Below, piece by piece: positions 61,540 to 64,000 of a stretch of DNA of 64,000 nt. The notes below the pieces were generated by a model. That model searched no databases. It was not told the DNA's origin and worked only from the letters and a program-made list of their open reading frames with translations. Every line of letters starts with the position of its first letter. Positions within the stretch are counted from its first letter, which is position 1. A program made the position numbers and the translations under genes. Location: assembly GCF_963921235.1 (NCBI RefSeq), contig NC_086108.1, forward strand, positions 18,848,001 through 18,912,000. The letters are read 5' to 3'. Source of the stretch: Mobula hypostoma (taxonomy: Eukaryota).

Positions 61540-64000
61540 GGTAGGTACTTTTTCACTTATTCTGATTAATCTGGGATCAGGTAATGGGGGAAATAGTTAG
61601 AGCAGTGGTGTGCTCCGTATGCAGTATGTGGGAGGTCAGAGTCAACGCAGCTGTCCCTGACGACCACACCTGCAGAAGGTGCATTCAGCTGCAGCTCCTA
61701 TCGGAGCGAGTTAGGGAATTGGAGCTGGAGCTGGATGAACTACGGATCATTCAGGAGGCAGAGACAGAGATAGATAAGAGTTATCGGGAGGTAGTCACAC
61801 CAAAAAGACGGGAGGTAGGCAACTGGGTGACTGTCAGGAGACAGAGGGGGAGCAGGCAGAGAGTGCAGAGCACCCCTGTGGCCATTCCCATCAACAATAA
61901 GTATACCGTTTTGGATACTGTTGGTGGGGATGACCTACCAGGAACAAGTTGCAGTGGTCCTGTCTCTGGCACTGAGGTTGGACCCTCGACTCAGAAGGGG
62001 AGGAGGGAAGAGAGGACAGCGGTAGTGATAGAGGATTCTATAGTCAGGGGGGTAGATAGGAGATTTTGTGGGGGAGATCTGGAGTCTCGGATGGTATGTT
62101 GCCTCCCTGGTGCCGGGGTCCGGGACATCTCAGATCGGTTGCAGGTTATTCTCGAGAGGGAGGACAAGAATCCAGATGTTGTAGTCCATGTAGGGACCAA
62201 CGACATGGGTAGGAAGAGTGAGGGGGTCCTGCGTAGTGAGTTCAGGGAGTTAGGCGCGAAGCTGAAGGGCAGGACCTCCAGGGTAACAATCTCAGGATTG
62301 CTACCTGTGCCATGTGCGAGTGAGGTGAGGAACAGAAGGATTATACAGATCAATACATGGCTGAGAGGATGGTGCAGGAGGGAGGGCTTCAGGTTTTTAG
62401 ATAATTGGGGTTTGTTCCAGGGAAGGAGAGATCTGTTCCGACGGGACGGTTTACACCTGAACTGGAGGGGTACTAACATTCTTGCAGGAAAGTTTGCTAA
62501 TACTGCTTGAGGGGGTTTAAACTAAATTTTCAGGGGGCAGGGATCCAGAATGTGAGAGAGGATAGCGAGATGAAGTATAAAGGACAGGTGGGGACTACGC
62601 GGTTCCGGAATATTAAGTGTGAAGTAGAGAAAGGTGAGGCGGAACGAGTGATAAGGAGGATACATGTGCAGAGGGATGGTCTGACGGAGCATGGAGTTAA
62701 ATGTGCAGAAAGAGTAAGTAAATTTAAGAAGGACAACAAAATTCAAGGGGCGTATAGCCCGGTGACAGTTCGGAGAGCTGGGTTATGCACAATAGGCAGC
62801 AATTTAAACAGAGAGAGGAGAAATGGGTTAAAAATTCTGTATCTTAATTTACGAAGTGTCAGAAATAAGGCGGATGAGCTTGAAGCTCAGGTGCGAATGG
62901 GTAACTATGATGTTGTTGGGATAACGGAGACATGGCTGCAGGGGGATCAGACCTGGGAATTGAATGCACAAGGGTATACGTGCTATCGAAGGGACAGAAA
63001 GGTGGGCAGAGGGGTTGGGGTGGCCCTGTTGGTGAGGAGTAAGATTCAGTCCCTTGCAAGGGGGGACATAGAATCAGGAGAAGTAGAGTCAGTGTGGATA
63101 AAACTGAGGAACGGTAAGGGTAAAAAGACCCTAATAGGTGTTATCTACAGGCCCCCAAACAGTAGCATGGATATTGGGTGCAAGTTGAATAGGGAGTTAA
63201 CAATGGCATGTGGCAAAGGAAATTCACAGTAGTTATGGGGGATTTCAACATGCAGGTGAACTGGGAAAATCAGGTTGGTACTGGACCCCAGGATAGGGAG
63301 TTTGTAGAGTGCCTACGGGATGCATTTTTGCAGCAGCTTGTACGAGTGCCGACCAGGGATAAGGCTATTCTGGATTTAGTGTTGTGCAATGAACAGGATT
63401 TGATAAGTGATCTTGAAGTAAAGGAGCCATTAGGAAGTAGTGACCATAATATGATAAGTTTTTATCTGCAAGTTGAGAGGGATAAGGGCAGATCAGAAGT
63501 GTCAGTATTGCAGTTGAACAAAGGAGACTATGGAGCCATGAGGGAGGAGCTGGCCAAAGTTGACTGGTCGGATATCCTAGCACAAAAGACAGTGGAACAG
63601 CAATGGCAGGTATTCTTGGGAATAATGCACAAGGTGCAAAATCAGTTCATCCCCCGGAGAAGGAAGGATTCAAAGGGGGGAAAGTGGCCACAGTGGTTGA
63701 CAAAGAAAGTCAGAGATAGCATAGCATTAAAAAAGAAGTATAACAGAGCTAAGATGAGTGGGAAGACGGATGATTGGGAAATTTTTAAGGAGCAACAGAA
63801 CTTAACTAAAAAGGCAATACGGGGAGAGAAAATGAGGTATGAACGCAAGCTAGCTAGGAATATAAAGGAGGATAGCAAAAGTTTTTTTTAGGTATGTGAA
63901 GAGAAGGAAGATAGTTAAGAACAATGTTGGGCCCTCGAAGAATGAATTGGGAGAAATTGTTATGGGAAACAGAGAAATGGCAGACGAATTTAATAAGTAC
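61540..64000 (+). mobile_element. Near full-length CR1 LINE (ORF1 and ORF2 endonuclease), runs off the window; antisense in lmx1a intron
   Basis: Open ORF1; ORF2 LKILYLN..VVGITETWL..IYRPPN..MGDFN..SSDHN with 1-bp frameshifts near 63223 and 63889. Confidence 0.95.
61584..62510 (+). CDS. CR1 ORF1 protein (zinc finger/leucine zipper + SGNH esterase), 308 aa
   Basis: CxxC..CxxC, heptad leucine coil, VIEDSIVR (GDS block with G>E), HVGTND, DGLHLN. Confidence 0.92.
   Translation: MGEIVRAVVCSVCSMWEVRVNAAVPDDHTCRRCIQLQLLSERVRELELELDELRIIQEAETEIDKSYREVVTPKRREVGNWVTVRRQRGSRQRVQSTPVAIPINNKYTVLDTVGGDDLPGTSCSGPVSGTEVGPSTQKGRREERTAVVIEDSIVRGVDRRFCGGDLESRMVCCLPGAGVRDISDRLQVILEREDKNPDVVVHVGTNDMGRKSEGVLRSEFRELGAKLKGRTSRVTISGLLPVPCASEVRNRRIIQINTWLRGWCRREGFRFLDNWGLFQGRRDLFRRDGLHLNWRGTNILAGKFANTA

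Overview
Repeat-rich vertebrate genomic DNA, most likely from a cartilaginous fish (ray/shark), judged from abundant CR1/HER1-type LINEs and HE1/V-SINE-like SINEs. The only host gene is the 3' part of lmx1a on the minus strand: five coding exons (59382-59213, 51433-51356, 44972-44903, 41838-41671, 38904-38747) with GT-AG boundaries, encoding the homeodomain and C-terminus. The LIM exons lie beyond the right edge. The rest is introns and downstream intergenic DNA packed with mobile elements: CR1 LINEs (two nearly intact), Rex/Babar-like and Tx1-like LINE fragments, a Penelope GIY-YIG fragment, a deleted Gypsy element, three solo LTRs, Tc1, Tigger/pogo, hAT-Charlie elements, and an Academ-type DNA transposon in an lmx1a intron. 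Less expected features are an intron-less, stop-disrupted PIWIL2 fragment (~17976-18284), a foldback retroelement carrying minimal hammerhead-ribozyme-like motifs on both strands (29086-29349), and a Gypsy derivative whose RT-RNaseH-integrase core is replaced in frame by unrelated sequence. Family assignments come from recalled motifs, not database searches. No wholly new biological system can be established from this window alone.
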